Shown here: positions 35,406-46,039 of the stretch, one piece after another
Position numbering within the stretch: position 1 is the stretch's first letter
Layout: every line of letters begins with the position of its first letter
DNA from: Vulcanimicrobiota bacterium
GTDB taxonomy: Bacteria > Vulcanimicrobiota > Vulcanimicrobiia > Vulcanimicrobiales > Vulcanimicrobiaceae
Direction: 5' to 3'
Assembly (NCBI GenBank): GCA_963795855.1
Contig: CAWCIZ010000002.1
Coordinates: forward strand, 256,001 to 320,000
Length of the DNA: 64,000 nucleotides
The notes under the pieces: model-generated
What the model was told of the DNA's origin: nothing
Seen by the model: the letters and a program-made list of their open reading frames with translations, nothing else
Databases searched by the model: none
Position numbers and translations under genes: made by a program

Positions 35406-36889
35406 CCGGCGCGCAGGGCGCGCATGCGTTCGAGTTCCTGCTCCGTCAAACGGCGGATCGCTCCGTAACACTCGCAGGCGTGTCCGACGAGGCCATCGCG
35501 ATCGCGGATGATGATGCTGCGGCGCTCCAGCGCGATGACTCCGGTTGCCGCGAGCGCTTGCAACGCATACGTGACGGAAGGGCGGTGCACGCCCAGAAAC
35601 TCAGAGAGCACGTCGTGCGTGGTGCGAACGCGATCTGCGGCGACTCGGTCGTGAAGTTGCAGGATGCATCGGCTCAAGCGCTGCTCGATGCGATGCAGGC
35701 AGTGACAAGCCGTCAGTTGCCCCAGCGTTGCGATCAGCAGGTTGGCGTACATCAGCAGCGCGTCCAGAAGCGGGCTTCGCGCTTCGCGCACATGTTCCCG
35801 AAAATCCGAAACGGTCATCGAGAGCGCGGATCCATCGATTTGCACCGTGCACGCGCCAATGCTTCGCGCGCCTCCGAGCACCGGGGGAAGTCCGACGACG
35901 CCGTCGTTGCCGACGATGCCCGCCTCAACCGTCTCGCCCGTCAAAAGCTGGACGAGACGCGAGACGGCGCCGGTTTCCGGGAACCAGAGAACGCCCAAGT
36001 GCTCGTCGACCGAGCAAAGACGCTGCCCCGCGGTAAGCGGAACGGTTTTGAAGTACGGTTGGAGACGCTTGAGTTCGTGCGCGGGCAGCGATTTGAGAAT
36101 TTCGTTCAAGGATTGGAGCCCATCCGGGCTATCGTAAGTCTGCGGGACCGGCGCTACAGTCTGCAAGCATACGGAAACAGCGCAAGCAGCCAGTCGCCGA
36201 ATCTCGCTGAGCGTTGCTGCGGTTCGGCGCCTGATCGTTTCGTGGCACTCGCAAGCTTCTTGCTCTAGTCCCACCGCGTCCAAGATCATGACGTGGCCGC
36301 GTCCGACCCGCACGACGTTTCTGTCCTGCAGTGCTTTGAGCGCGTTGGTAATGGAAGGACGGTACGCGCCGAGCATCAGCGCCAGCAGTTCGTGAGTCAT
36401 CGGCAGATCGTCGGTGGACGCACGATCGCGCATCTCCAAAAGCCAGCGCGCCAAACGCTGCTCGATGCGATGCACGCGATTGCAAACCGCGGTTTGCGCG
36501 ATGGTTCCCATGTACAAATTGGCGTACTTGAGCAGCGCGTCGCAGAAGCAATGCCCGGATTCGAGCGCATGCGTCCGAAATGCGTCGCGCGCGATGCGCG
36601 TCGCATCGCCCGGAATCTGCACCAGTACTTCGAACGGATTCATTCCTTCGTCGAGCACGAGCGGTAACCCGACCATGCCTTCGCGGCCGACGAGTCCCAC
36701 TTCGACGGCTTCACCGCTGCGCGCGTGAACGAGCGTCGAACACGCGCCGCCGTGCGGGAAGTAAACATACTCGATCGGCTCGTCCGGCGCGCATAGCCGG
36801 GCGCGCGCCGAAAGAGTGACCGGTTCGCAAAACGGCGTTATGCGCCGGCGTTCTTCCTCGGGCAGCACTGCGAGCAGCAGGTTCGTCAT
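35402..36889 (-). CDS. Tandem double Crp/Fnr-family regulator (or two genes read through)
   Basis: Two complete repeats, NxLL..LP...VEVGLVG.EG...HRIEQRL.R...TH..L...LG..RPS.T...ACEC, in one 495-aa frame. Confidence 0.8.
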   Translation of the reverse strand: MTNLLLAVLPEEERRRITPFCEPVTLSARARLCAPDEPIEYVYFPHGGACSTLVHARSGEAVEVGLVGREGMVGLPLVLDEGMNPFEVLVQIPGDATRIARDAFRTHALESGHCFCDALLKYANLYMGTIAQTAVCNRVHRIEQRLARWLLEMRDRASTDDLPMTHELLALMLGAYRPSITNALKALQDRNVVRVGRGHVMILDAVGLEQEACECHETIRRRTAATLSEIRRLAACAVSVCLQTVAPVPQTYDSPDGLQSLNEILKSLPAHELKRLQPYFKTVPLTAGQRLCSVDEHLGVLWFPETGAVSRLVQLLTGETVEAGIVGNDGVVGLPPVLGGARSIGACTVQIDGSALSMTVSDFREHVREARSPLLDALLMYANLLIATLGQLTACHCLHRIEQRLSRCILQLHDRVAADRVRTTHDVLSEFLGVHRPSVTYALQALAATGVIALERRSIIIRDRDGLVGHACECYGAIRRLTEQELERMRALRAG

Positions 36890-36954
36890 GTGTCTGCCCA
36901 TGTACCCGCGCACCGGCGCGGGGCATCACCAAGCGGTTGGCGAAAGCGCGCGCC

Positions 36955-37995
36955 ATGCTCCGTACCTTTGCAAGCGATAACAATGCGCCGGTCGCGCCGG
37001 ACATTTTGCAAGCGCTCGCCGTTGCGAACGACGGCGATGCAATTTCGTACGGGCGGGACGCGTTCACCGAGCGCGCGCTGCAGCAGTTGCGAGACGTCTT
37101 CGGGACCGATTCCGACGCCTATTTCGTCTTCAACGGGACGGCGGCAAACGTCATTGCGCTCAGTTGCCTCCTCAAACCGTACGAAGCGGTGATCGCGCCG
37201 GCATCGGCGCACTTGGAAACGGACGAGTGCGCCGCGTTCGAGCGCTTTACCGGGTGCAAGATTCTGAGCGTTGCATCTGCCGACGGAAAATTGCACGTTC
37301 CCGATCTGGAGCCGTTCGCGCACGCGAGCCGCGAAGAGCATCACGTTCAGCCGCGCATCCTCTCGATTTCGCAGTCGACCGAGTTCGGCACGCTGTATTC
37401 GCCCGAAGAGCTTCGCGATCTCACTGAGTTCGCGCATCGTAACGGCTGGCTCGTGCATATGGACGGCGCGCGCATAGCCAATGCGGCGGCGGCACTCGGC
37501 ATGGGGCTGCGCGCGTGCACGCGCGATCTCGGCGTCGACGTCCTGAGCTTCGGCGGCACGAAGAACGGCTTGCTGCTGGGCGAAGCGATCGTGTTCTTCG
37601 ACAAGCGGCTGCACGGCGGGACCGCGCGCTTCGCGCGCAAGCAAGGCATGCAACTCGCATCGAAAATGCGGTATGTCGCCGCGCAATTCAGTGCGCTTCT
37701 CGAGCGCGACCGCTGGCGCGACTATGCCTCGCATGCGAACGCGATGGCCGCGCGACTGGCCGAACGCATTGCGGCGATTCCGGGCGTGCGCATCACCCGG
37801 CCCGTGCAATGCAACGCCGTCTTTGCGACGCTCGACCGTGCGGCCATTCCGCAGATCATCGAACGCTACTTCTTCTACGTTTTTGACGAAACGCTGCCGG
37901 AAGTTCGGTGGATGACGCATCACGCCACGACGGCGCAAGACGTCGACGACTTCGCGGACACGATCATGCAAGCAGTAGCCGCGCCCGCGCGCTGA
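36955..37995 (+). CDS. ltaE: Low-specificity L-threonine aldolase
   Basis: FASDN, NGTAAN, HMDGARIANA, SFGGTKNG. Confidence 0.9.
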   Translation: MLRTFASDNNAPVAPDILQALAVANDGDAISYGRDAFTERALQQLRDVFGTDSDAYFVFNGTAANVIALSCLLKPYEAVIAPASAHLETDECAAFERFTGCKILSVASADGKLHVPDLEPFAHASREEHHVQPRILSISQSTEFGTLYSPEELRDLTEFAHRNGWLVHMDGARIANAAAALGMGLRACTRDLGVDVLSFGGTKNGLLLGEAIVFFDKRLHGGTARFARKQGMQLASKMRYVAAQFSALLERDRWRDYASHANAMAARLAERIAAIPGVRITRPVQCNAVFATLDRAAIPQIIERYFFYVFDETLPEVRWMTHHATTAQDVDDFADTIMQAVAAPAR

Positions 37996-38848
37996 GCGCG
38001 CGCAACCGCCAGCGCTGCTCATAGTTCAGCCGCATCAGCGCGTTCGCAGCGCGCTGCCGCGCAGTTTGATGACGGGGCACGATGCGATCGACTTCAGCGA
38101 ACTGTTCGGCAAGGTCGCCGCGCAAGCGCGCGATCGCGGGTGCGGCCGCCGGCGGATGCGCACCGCGGAAACGCATCACGCGCGGCCAGATTCGCGCAAA
38201 ACTTCGCTCGAGATCCGGCGCCGCGAGTTCCTGCGCGGGAAGCATATCGCCGGGACGGCCCAGCGCCGCGTACAACTGCTCCTTCTGCGCTTGCCGCTCG
38301 ATCGGCAGCACCCAGCCGTAGTGACCGTAGAGGTAGGGCAGCGCAATCCGTTTGCCTGCCGGTCCGTGCAGTTTTTCGTGGACGACGCCTTCCCACTGCA
38401 TCTCGGGTACGAAGCGGATGAAAATCTTCGCCCGCTCGATCGACCGGTACCAGTCGAACGACTGGAAGAAATGAAGCGCATAGCCGTCCAGGAAATCGCA
38501 GTCCGCCGGAACGCAGTGCAAATTGCTCGCAAGGCGCTGCAACTGCGGGCCGTGCACTTCGTCCGCATCGATGAAGAGCACCCACTCCCCCGCGTTGCGC
38601 TCGCGATGCAATCGTACGCACACGTTGCGCGCGGTTGCAAAATCGGAAAACGGCGTACGGTCGACGACGAGCTTTCCTTCACGCGCGAAGGCATTGTCCG
38701 TCAAGATTCGCGCGTGCGGCGACGGATCCGGAGCGTTGTCGTTGACGAGCACGCTTTCGCACGCGCCGCGCAAAGACTCCAGCAGCGCCGCCAAAAAAGG
38801 CTCCTCACGCGGTCCCAAGATGAGATGCGCTGCGGCGCGGGAAAGCAT
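37964..38848 (-). CDS. GT2-like glycosyltransferase
   Basis: DFATARN, WVLFIDADE, VHEKL, HYG. Confidence 0.7.
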   Translation of the reverse strand: MLSRAAAHLILGPREEPFLAALLESLRGACESVLVNDNAPDPSPHARILTDNAFAREGKLVVDRTPFSDFATARNVCVRLHRERNAGEWVLFIDADEVHGPQLQRLASNLHCVPADCDFLDGYALHFFQSFDWYRSIERAKIFIRFVPEMQWEGVVHEKLHGPAGKRIALPYLYGHYGWVLPIERQAQKEQLYAALGRPGDMLPAQELAAPDLERSFARIWPRVMRFRGAHPPAAAPAIARLRGDLAEQFAEVDRIVPRHQTARQRAANALMRLNYEQRWRLRALSARARLLLA

Positions 38849-38856
38849 GCAGCGAA

Positions 38857-39330
38857 ATGCAACAAACGCGCAAACCGGCCCTGCACGTTCATCTTGCGAC
38901 GGCACTGGTGCGGCGCACCGACCGAATCGTGCTCGTCGCTTCGCGATATCCCAATCACGATCGACCGCTCTGGAACCTCCCCGGCGGACGCCGGCAGCCG
39001 GGCGAGTTGCTCGCGCAAACCGCGATCCGCGAGTTACGCGAAGAAACCGGACTCGAAGGCACGGTGCGCGAGCTCTGTTATGTAAGCGAATCGTACGACG
39101 GCGCAACGCACTTCATCAACGTCACGTTTGCGGTCGATGCGGCAGGCGAACCCGCCGGCGGTCATGCGGACGGCGATCACGTCGTCGAAGCGCTGTGGGT
39201 TCCGATCGCACAGATTGCGCAGCGGCTGACCGTCGCGGTCGTGCGCGAGCCGCTTCTCGCGTTTTTACGGGAGGGGCGGCGTTACGCGGGATACCCCGAG
39301 GCGGGAATCACGATCGAGTTTCCCGACTGA
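38857..39330 (+). CDS. NUDIX hydrolase
   Basis: Nudix box PGGRRQPGELLAQTAIRELREETG. Confidence 0.9.
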   Translation: MQQTRKPALHVHLATALVRRTDRIVLVASRYPNHDRPLWNLPGGRRQPGELLAQTAIRELREETGLEGTVRELCYVSESYDGATHFINVTFAVDAAGEPAGGHADGDHVVEALWVPIAQIAQRLTVAVVREPLLAFLREGRRYAGYPEAGITIEFPD

Positions 39331-39863
39331 ACCCATCGTTCGCGATCCATGCGATGCATCAGCACGTCGACGATTTGCCCGTTCACGGTCGCGCCTCGCG
39401 CAAGCGTGCCCTCCTCCGTAAACGAAAGCCTCTCGAGCAGGTGACGGGAGGGCAGATTTTCCGGCAGGCAATACGCGTTTATACGGGTGAGACCGCCTTC
39501 GGTGAATGCCTCGTCCAGAAGCGCTCTTACGGCCTCCGTCGCGATTCCGCGGCCGCGGAAATCGCGCACCACGCTGTAGCCGATCTCGCCCGTGCCCAGG
39601 TCGCGCTCCGCAACGCGCAGCGAAATCCACCCGACCGGCTTGCGAATGCGGTGCATGTGCGCGAGCCACTCGAATCGTCCGCTCGCTCCGGGGCGAAGCG
39701 ACTTCGGTCGTTTCGAAACCATTTCGGCGAACGTCGTAGCGGCCACGCTAGGCAGTTCTTGGTAGGTCCGTAAGTCGGGCTGCTGCAAGATGTTCCACAG
39801 CGATCCGGCGTTCTGCACGGTCACGGGGATCAGGCGCAAGCGTTCGGTCCGCAGCGTTCTCAT
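39282..39863 (-). CDS. GNAT acetyltransferase, RimJ/RimL family
   Basis: LRTERLRL, EIGY...RGRGIATEA, ENLPSRHLLERL. Confidence 0.88.
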   Translation of the reverse strand: MRTLRTERLRLIPVTVQNAGSLWNILQQPDLRTYQELPSVAATTFAEMVSKRPKSLRPGASGRFEWLAHMHRIRKPVGWISLRVAERDLGTGEIGYSVVRDFRGRGIATEAVRALLDEAFTEGGLTRINAYCLPENLPSRHLLERLSFTEEGTLARGATVNGQIVDVLMHRMDRERWVQSGNSIVIPASGYPA

Positions 39864-39896
39864 CGACGGCCTTTATCGTACCACGATCCGTCGTGA

Positions 39897-40234
39897 GTGA
39901 TGCGCATGAACCTTCAAAGCGCTTACGCGGGCACTCGTCCGGCTGAAGTGACATTCGATGCTCGCGTCACGAGCGCGCCGCGCTTCTTCTACGGTTCCCG
40001 CACGCATTGCGTTCACGAAGCATTCGACGCGCAAACCGCAGCCGGAGACGTCGAAATCGTCGATAACGTCGGCATCGCGCCGCGCGTTCCCGTGCAGTCA
40101 GGCGATAGAATAAAGTTCGCGGTGAAATGGTGCACGATCCCGGACGCGCTCCCGTCGTTCATTGGACCCACCACGATCCCGACGGCCGCCACGAAGACGG
40201 GTTCATTCGCTGCCGGGGGCAGGTGTATGCTTAG
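39897..40234 (+). CDS. DUF3465-like protein (frameshift near 40115)
   Basis: HEAF...[10 protein letters not shown], then in the next frame VHWTHHDP...HEDGFI. Confidence 0.7.
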
Positions 40235-41001
40235 CGCCCTTGCCTAACGAAATCAACTGCGGAATCGTGACGAAGCGGTATCCCTGCGATTTCAAATTCT
40301 CCACGATGAGTCGCGTCGCTTCGATGTCGCTGCTGCGATCGCACACGTGCGGCGGAGCATGCTTAGGTCCACACAGACTGCCCGCGGTTTCCATCGTGCA
40401 GCACGATGATCGAGCCGTCGCTGACCCTCGGTAAGATTCGCTGCGCGATGACGCGTGCGGGCGGATACTCCCAATCTCTTGCGAGCGGAACGGACCACAT
40501 CACGACCGTATAGCCGAGCCGGCGCGCGATTTGCATGACGATCCAGTCCCGCGCTCCGAACGGCGGACGCATCAGCCGCGTGTGCCTTCCCGTCGCCGAA
40601 AAAATTGCGGCATCGGTCCGCTGCAAGGACGTGCGAACTTGCGACCGCGACATCACGATAAGGTGGCGGTGATCCCAGGTGTGATTCCCAATCGCATCGC
40701 CGTCGCGCACTTCGCGCAAAGCGACGGTGGGATAGGCTTGCACGGCGCGCCCCACAAGAAAGAACGTCGCGTGCACGCGCTCGCGCTCCAGCACCGAGAG
40801 GATGCGCCCGGTGTACGGAGGGTTGGGGCCGTCGTCGTACGTCAGCGCAATGACGCGTTCGTTCGTCGGTCCGTGCGTGACGGTGCGGCCGAAGAGTTGA
40901 TTCGTCGGCTGTTCGAATAATTCATAAGCGACAAAGCCGACGAGCGCGAGCCCCACTGTCAATGCGACTACCGGCAGCGCGATGCGGCGAAGTCCGGCCA
41001 C
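40203..41001 (-). CDS. Polysaccharide deacetylase (frameshift near the 3' end)
   Basis: [34 protein letters not shown]. Confidence 0.9.
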
Positions 41002-41004
41002 GCG

Positions 41005-41659
41005 TTACTTGGAGGCGCGCACGAGCGCCTGCGCTTGACGAACGCGGCTTCGAAACGCATCGGAGCCGAAAGAGCGGAATGCATCGACTATCTTCTGATA
41101 GCGCGGATCGGCGAGCGTCGTGCTTTGCAACTTCGTCAAATCCGGCGTCGGACTGTTGCGGCTGAGCACGATCTGATATTGCCGTCCCGCTTCCAGCGCC
41201 CAGTATTTCGGGTCGGTGAACGTAACGGTGCGTGAGCCATGTTCCTTGTCCGCGATTTGATGAATGTGAATCGTATAGTGCGCGTTCGTGTTACCGGCGG
41301 GCGGCTTGTTCATCAGACTGCCAAATGCCGTCTTGCACGACCTGCTCGAAGAAAAACGTGACGGCATACGTCTTGTCCGGCGGAAGCGTGATCGTGACGA
41401 CTTTGCCGGAATAGCCTTGAACTTTATACTGCGCGGTCGAGACGCCGTTGTCGTTGTGCATGGAATACTCTTCGAGGTACACCGGCGGTTTGTCGTACTT
41501 GATTGTCAAGGAGAGATCGAGCACGCTCGCGCTCTGCCCGATGCGCGTCACTTCCTGCTTGTGCTGAAAATCCGGCCACGGTATGAAAATCGTGCCCAGA
41601 ACGATGAACACGACGGCAAAGATGAAGATTGCGGTTCCGAACCAGTTATCGCGACGCAT
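41005..41659 (-). CDS. Membrane-anchored hypothetical protein (frameshift near 41315)
   Basis: N-terminal TM in 41291..41659; continues in the 41005..41367 frame. Confidence 0.6.
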
Positions 41660-42083
41660 CCAGCACCCGATTCACCAGCGCGTCCGCGAGCGCATTTTCT
41701 TTGCGGCGCACGTGGCGAACGTCGACGTGTTCGAATTTGCGCAGCAGCGAGCTGACGCGGCGATGAAGCGGCTGCAAATCGGGGTGCTTCACGCGATACT
41801 CGCCGGAGAGTTGCTTGACGACCAGTTCACTGTCCATGCGAACCGCCAAGCGCCGCACGCCGTGCTCGAGCGCGGCTTGCAGCCCGATCTCGACCGCCGT
41901 CCATTCGGCGACGTTATTCGTCGCGGTTCCCAAATAGTGCCCGACCTCGTGCAAGATCTGCCCGTCGGGCGCCACCAAGACGGCACCCGAAGCCGCAGGG
42001 CCGGGATTTCCGCGCGAACCGCCGTCCGTGAAGAGCGTCGCTTCCGGCTCGACGGCAAAGAACGTTTCCATCTGCGCTTCCAT
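41646..42083 (-). CDS. rnhA: Ribonuclease HI family protein
   Basis: TDGGSRGNPG, TNNVAE, DSELVVKQ, NALADAL. Confidence 0.92.
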   Translation of the reverse strand: MEAQMETFFAVEPEATLFTDGGSRGNPGPAASGAVLVAPDGQILHEVGHYLGTATNNVAEWTAVEIGLQAALEHGVRRLAVRMDSELVVKQLSGEYRVKHPDLQPLHRRVSSLLRKFEHVDVRHVRRKENALADALVNRVLDASR

Positions 42084-42126
42084 TCAACAAAAACGAGGCG
42101 ACGCATGTACGCATCGCCCCGCATCG

Positions 42127-42204
42127 TGGTCGGGCTGACTGGATTCGAACCAGCGACCTCTTGACCCCCAGTCAAGCGCGCTAACCAAACTGCGCCACAG
42201 CCCG
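42127..42204 (-). tRNA. tRNA-Pro(GGG), CCA encoded
   Basis: CGGGCTG acceptor stem, anticodon arm CTTGA-CTGGGGG-TCAAG, GGTTCGAATCC T-loop, 3' ACCA. Confidence 0.97.
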
Positions 42205-42216
42205 AGATCGTGGCGG

Positions 42217-42832
42217 CTAGGGGTTAGCCGTCATCACCAGCCATTCCCCTCCCGTGTCGCGCGTTCGGGCCACGTCGCGCCAGCCGGTTTTTCGATACAG
42301 GCGTACGGCGCTTTCGTTTCGCGGGCGCACTTCCAGGCGCACCTCCGGAACGCCGAGCTCGCGCATCGCCTGCAGACCTGCACGCACCAGCGCGGTCGCG
42401 ATACCCTTTCCTTGCTGTTCCGGCAGGACCGCGACGTTCAAGAGCTGCGCGTCGCCCTTGGTGCGGTAACGCCCGCTGCCGCGCACGAACAGGACCTTAT
42501 TCGCAACCAGAGCCGGCAGCGCCGATAGACGCAACGCGAAACCGCCGCGAAGCGCAGCGAGGATCCAGCGCAGCACCGCCCCGGTACGCAGCGCTTCTCG
42601 CTGCACGCGCTTCAAACTGCTGACGAAGATCGCGTAGCCGACGAGCTCGTCCGTCGATGCGCGCGCCGATGAAGCCCGACGGCTCCGCTTCGCGGACGAA
42701 GGACCACACGTCTACGAACGAACGCGGGAGGGCGCCGTTTCGATATCGCGAGGCGTGTTCGGCGGCAAATGCGGCTGCAAAGATTTCGCCGGCTCGAGCA
42801 ACTTCGCCGGCTTGCAGCGGCGCGATCGTCAG
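42217..42832 (-). CDS. GNAT acetyltransferase (frameshifted, start uncertain)
   Basis: LLNVAVLPEQQGKGIA, RLEVRPRNESAVRLY. Confidence 0.75.
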
Positions 42833-43152
42833 CGCTTACCGCCGCCTTTTTTCGCGGCTGTTTTTTTCGCGCCGCGAATTCCGCTGACCGCGTCTTTGAG
42901 CGCTCGTCCCGCGACGAAAGCGGCGACTTTTCTCGCTGGAATACTGATCGCTTGCCCCGAGAGCGGATTTCGCCCCTCCCGCGCGCGCCGCTGGCGCACG
43001 ACGAAACTGCCGAACGGCGTGAGTGCCACGCGCTCGCCTTTTTTCAGCGCGCGGGTAATCTCGGACAAAATGAGCTCCACGATGTGTGAGGCCGCGCGTT
43101 TGGAGATGTCGGCATCCGAGGCGACGGAATCGACCAGATCGGCCTTTGTCAA
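42829..43152 (-). CDS. hup: HU family DNA-binding protein with a Lys-rich tail
   Basis: TKADLV, FGSF, AREGRNP..G..ISIPA...F.AG..LK; GGAGGAG RBS. Confidence 0.93.
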   Translation of the reverse strand: MTKADLVDSVASDADISKRAASHIVELILSEITRALKKGERVALTPFGSFVVRQRRAREGRNPLSGQAISIPARKVAAFVAGRALKDAVSGIRGAKKTAAKKGGGKR

Positions 43153-43212
43153 CGAACTGCTCCTCCGGGCGCTGGTGGGAAAGTGGATATACGCAGGAGG
43201 GCGGGCGCCTCC

Positions 43213-43646
43213 CTATCGGCGCGCCAAAGCAACGGCGGCGCGCAGCGCCAGTATGTACGATTCAGCACCAAATCCGGCAATGCTCCCCGCACATGCCGCC
43301 GCGACCACGCTCGTGCGCCGATGCGGCTCCCGCGCGGCAATGTTGGTCAAGTGCGCTTCCACCACGGGGATGCGAATCGCCGAAACCGCATCCGCGATTG
43401 CATACGAATAATGGCTGTACGCACCGGGGTTGATCACGATCGCATCATAGACCGATCGCGCCGCGTGAACTCGTCGACGATGTCGCCTTCGCCGCTGTGC
43501 TGAACGAACCGCACCTCCACGTCGAGTTCACGCGCGAGGGCCGAAACGAATGCGTTCACATCCGCGAGCGTTTGTTTGCCGTAGATTTCCGGTTCGCGTT
43601 CGCCGAGCAAATTCAAATTCGGGCCGTGAATGACCAGCACTCGCAT
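43213..43646 (-). CDS. aroQ: Type II 3-dehydroquinate dehydratase (frameshift near 43460)
   Basis: HGPNLNLLGEREPEIYG; INPGAYSHYS; EAHLTNI..RE. Confidence 0.93.
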
Positions 43647-43696
43647 GCGCCGCCATTCGGGAAGAAAAATCAGGCGCCCTGGGTAACTTCGCGCGT

Positions 43697-44588
43697 ATGC
43701 CGGACCTCATCATCAGCGCGTCCGCGACCGATGCGGGCTTCTCCATCGTCGCCGCCATCACGACGGATTTGGTGCGTGAAGCGCAGCGGCGCCATGGCCT
43801 GAGCCCTACGGCTACCGCGGCGGTGGGACGGCTTACGACCGGCGCCGCATTGCTTGCCGCGAGCCTCAAAGGCAAGGAGCGGCTGTCACTGCAGATCGCC
43901 GGCAACGGCCCCTTGGGCCGAGTCGTCGCGGACTCGTGGCTCATCGACGAGGAACGAGTCGGCGCGCGCGGGTACGCGAAGAACCCGCACGCGGATTTGC
44001 CCCTGAACGATCGCGGCAAATTCGACGTCGCGGGAGCGGTCGGCAAAGGTTCGCTGCAGGTCACCAAGTCGTTCGAAGTCGGACAGCCCTATGCGGGCGT
44101 CGTCCCCCTCTACAGCGGCGAGATTGCGGAAGACATCGCCGCGTACCTCGTCAATTCGGAACAGATCCCGAGCGTCGTCGCGCTCGGGGTGCTCGCAGAT
44201 CCGCAGGCATCAAAGCCGCGGGGGGCCTCATCGCGCAACTGTTGCCCGGCGCGGACGAACGCGCGGTCGCCGCGCTCGAAGAGCGCGCGCTGCACATGCC
44301 GCCGATCACGAAACTCGATCGCCGATGGAGCGGATGCGCATGCGCTGCTGCACGCGCTCGCCGGTCCGGCGGAATTGCGATCGCACCGCACCATCGACGT
44401 GCAGTTTTGCATGCCGCTGCACCAAGGAGAAAGTCGAGGCAGCGCTCCTCGGGCTCGGCGCCGACGAATTGCACAAAATGGCGCGCGAGCGCACGGAGAC
44501 CGAAGCGACATGCGAATTCTGCAAGAAGATGTACGTATTCACTTCGGAGGAAGTGAACGAACTCGCTAGTCGGTTGGAAAAAGCCTAG
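43697..44588 (+). CDS. hslO: Hsp33 redox-regulated chaperone (frameshifts)
   Basis: SGEIAEDIAAY...SEQIPS, CRC and CEFC zinc motifs. Confidence 0.92.
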
Positions 44589-44797
44589 CCGGCGGTTCGC
44601 GGTACGACTCGATGCGCTGCCAGAAGCGCTCTTTTATCGTGCCGGCAACGTTTTCGTACCACCAGCCGCACTCGCAGCGCATCGGCGGGCCGCCTTCGGG
44701 CGGTGGATTGTATATCGCGCTTGCAGCGTTTGCAAACGAAGCTCTTGCCGGCGATGGGCTTCATCGACGACGTGTAGGTGACCGCTGGATCGGCCAT
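44566..44797 (-). CDS. Small putative zinc-ribbon protein (probable frameshift)
   Basis: CKRC, then in the adjacent frame PPMRCECGWWY; AAGGA RBS. Confidence 0.4.
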
Positions 44798-44803
44798 TTC
44801 GCT

Positions 44804-45997
44804 TCATCCTTCGTTCGGCAGTACTCGAACAAACTTCCGCGACCCAACCGAAAGTACTGCCGATTGTGCGGCGGTCCACGGCGCGTTGGGATCGTTCACG
44901 AGTATACCATCGACCCTGACGCCGTTCCCCGAGATCAGTCGCTCGGCCGCGCGTTTGCTTTCCGCGAATCCCGCCGCGACGATGAGCTCCGAGACCTTGC
45001 GGGCTTCGCCGACGCGCATTTGCGGGACATTGTCCGCCGGCACCTCCTTCCGCTGCACCGTTCGCTCGAAATATTCCCTCGCCGCTTGCGCGGCATGCAC
45101 GCCGTGATAGCGAGAAACGATCGCTTCGGCGATGCGCTTCTTCTCGTGCATCGGGTGCAGGCGGCCGTCGCTCAGTCCATCGGCGAGCGTTCGCGCTTCT
45201 GATTCGGAAGCAAACGCGGCGAGGCGAGCATAGCGCGGAATCATGTCGTCGGTAATGCGCATCAACTTACCGAACTGCTGCTCAGCCGGCTCGGTCAATC
45301 CGACGTAGTTGCCTTTTGACTTCGACATCTTTTCGACGCCGTCCAAGCCTTCGAGCAGCGGCAGCGTCATGCAAATTTGTTCGCGCTGTCCGGCGTGACG
45401 CTGATAATGCCGCCCCATGAGCAGGTTGAAAAGCTGGTCGTTTCCGCCGAGTTCGACGTCGGCACGCAGGGCGATGCTGTCGTATGCCTGCGCGACGGGA
45501 TACAAAAATTCGTGCAGCGAGATCGGGGACCCCGCGCCGTAGCGCGTGTGAAAGTCCTCACGCTCGAGCATCTGCGCAACCGTCACTTGCGAGAGCAGGC
45601 GCAGCAGATCGGCCATCGTCAGCGGGCCGAGCCACGTCGAGTTGTATTCCAGCGTGACGCGCTCCATGTCGAGCACCTTGCCGGCCTGCACGGCATAGGT
45701 GGTCATGTTCGCCTCGATCTCTTCCGTCGAGAGTGGCGGACGCAGTTCGTTGCGTCCGGTCGGATCGCCGATGCGCGCGGTGAAATCGCCGATGAGCAGC
45801 ACGACCTTGTGCCCGGCTTCGACGAACTGCTGCAATTTGTGCAGCACGACGGCGTGCCCGAGGTGCAAGTCCGCGCTCGTGGGATCGAGGCCGAGTTTCA
45901 CGACCAGCGGGTTTCGCTCGCGAACGCGCGCCTCGAATTCTGGGCGCGTTTCGACGTGGTCGAATCCGTCGAGGAGATCTTGCGCGGAAAGCGGCAT
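44804..45997 (-). CDS. tyrS: Tyrosine--tRNA ligase
   Basis: HLGH and KMSKS motifs, GGNDQ, C-terminal S4 domain. Confidence 0.97.
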   Translation of the reverse strand: MPLSAQDLLDGFDHVETRPEFEARVRERNPLVVKLGLDPTSADLHLGHAVVLHKLQQFVEAGHKVVLLIGDFTARIGDPTGRNELRPPLSTEEIEANMTTYAVQAGKVLDMERVTLEYNSTWLGPLTMADLLRLLSQVTVAQMLEREDFHTRYGAGSPISLHEFLYPVAQAYDSIALRADVELGGNDQLFNLLMGRHYQRHAGQREQICMTLPLLEGLDGVEKMSKSKGNYVGLTEPAEQQFGKLMRITDDMIPRYARLAAFASESEARTLADGLSDGRLHPMHEKKRIAEAIVSRYHGVHAAQAAREYFERTVQRKEVPADNVPQMRVGEARKVSELIVAAGFAESKRAAERLISGNGVRVDGILVNDPNAPWTAAQSAVLSVGSRKFVRVLPNEG

Positions 45998-46039
45998 GGC
46001 GGGGCGAGGTTCGGTCAGTGGGCGGGGCGGTCCTCGCCG

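Noticed and set aside
42127..42204. tRNA-Pro as an integration site
   Set aside because: No integrase nearby, and I noticed no duplicated tRNA 3' end; the flanks are housekeeping genes.
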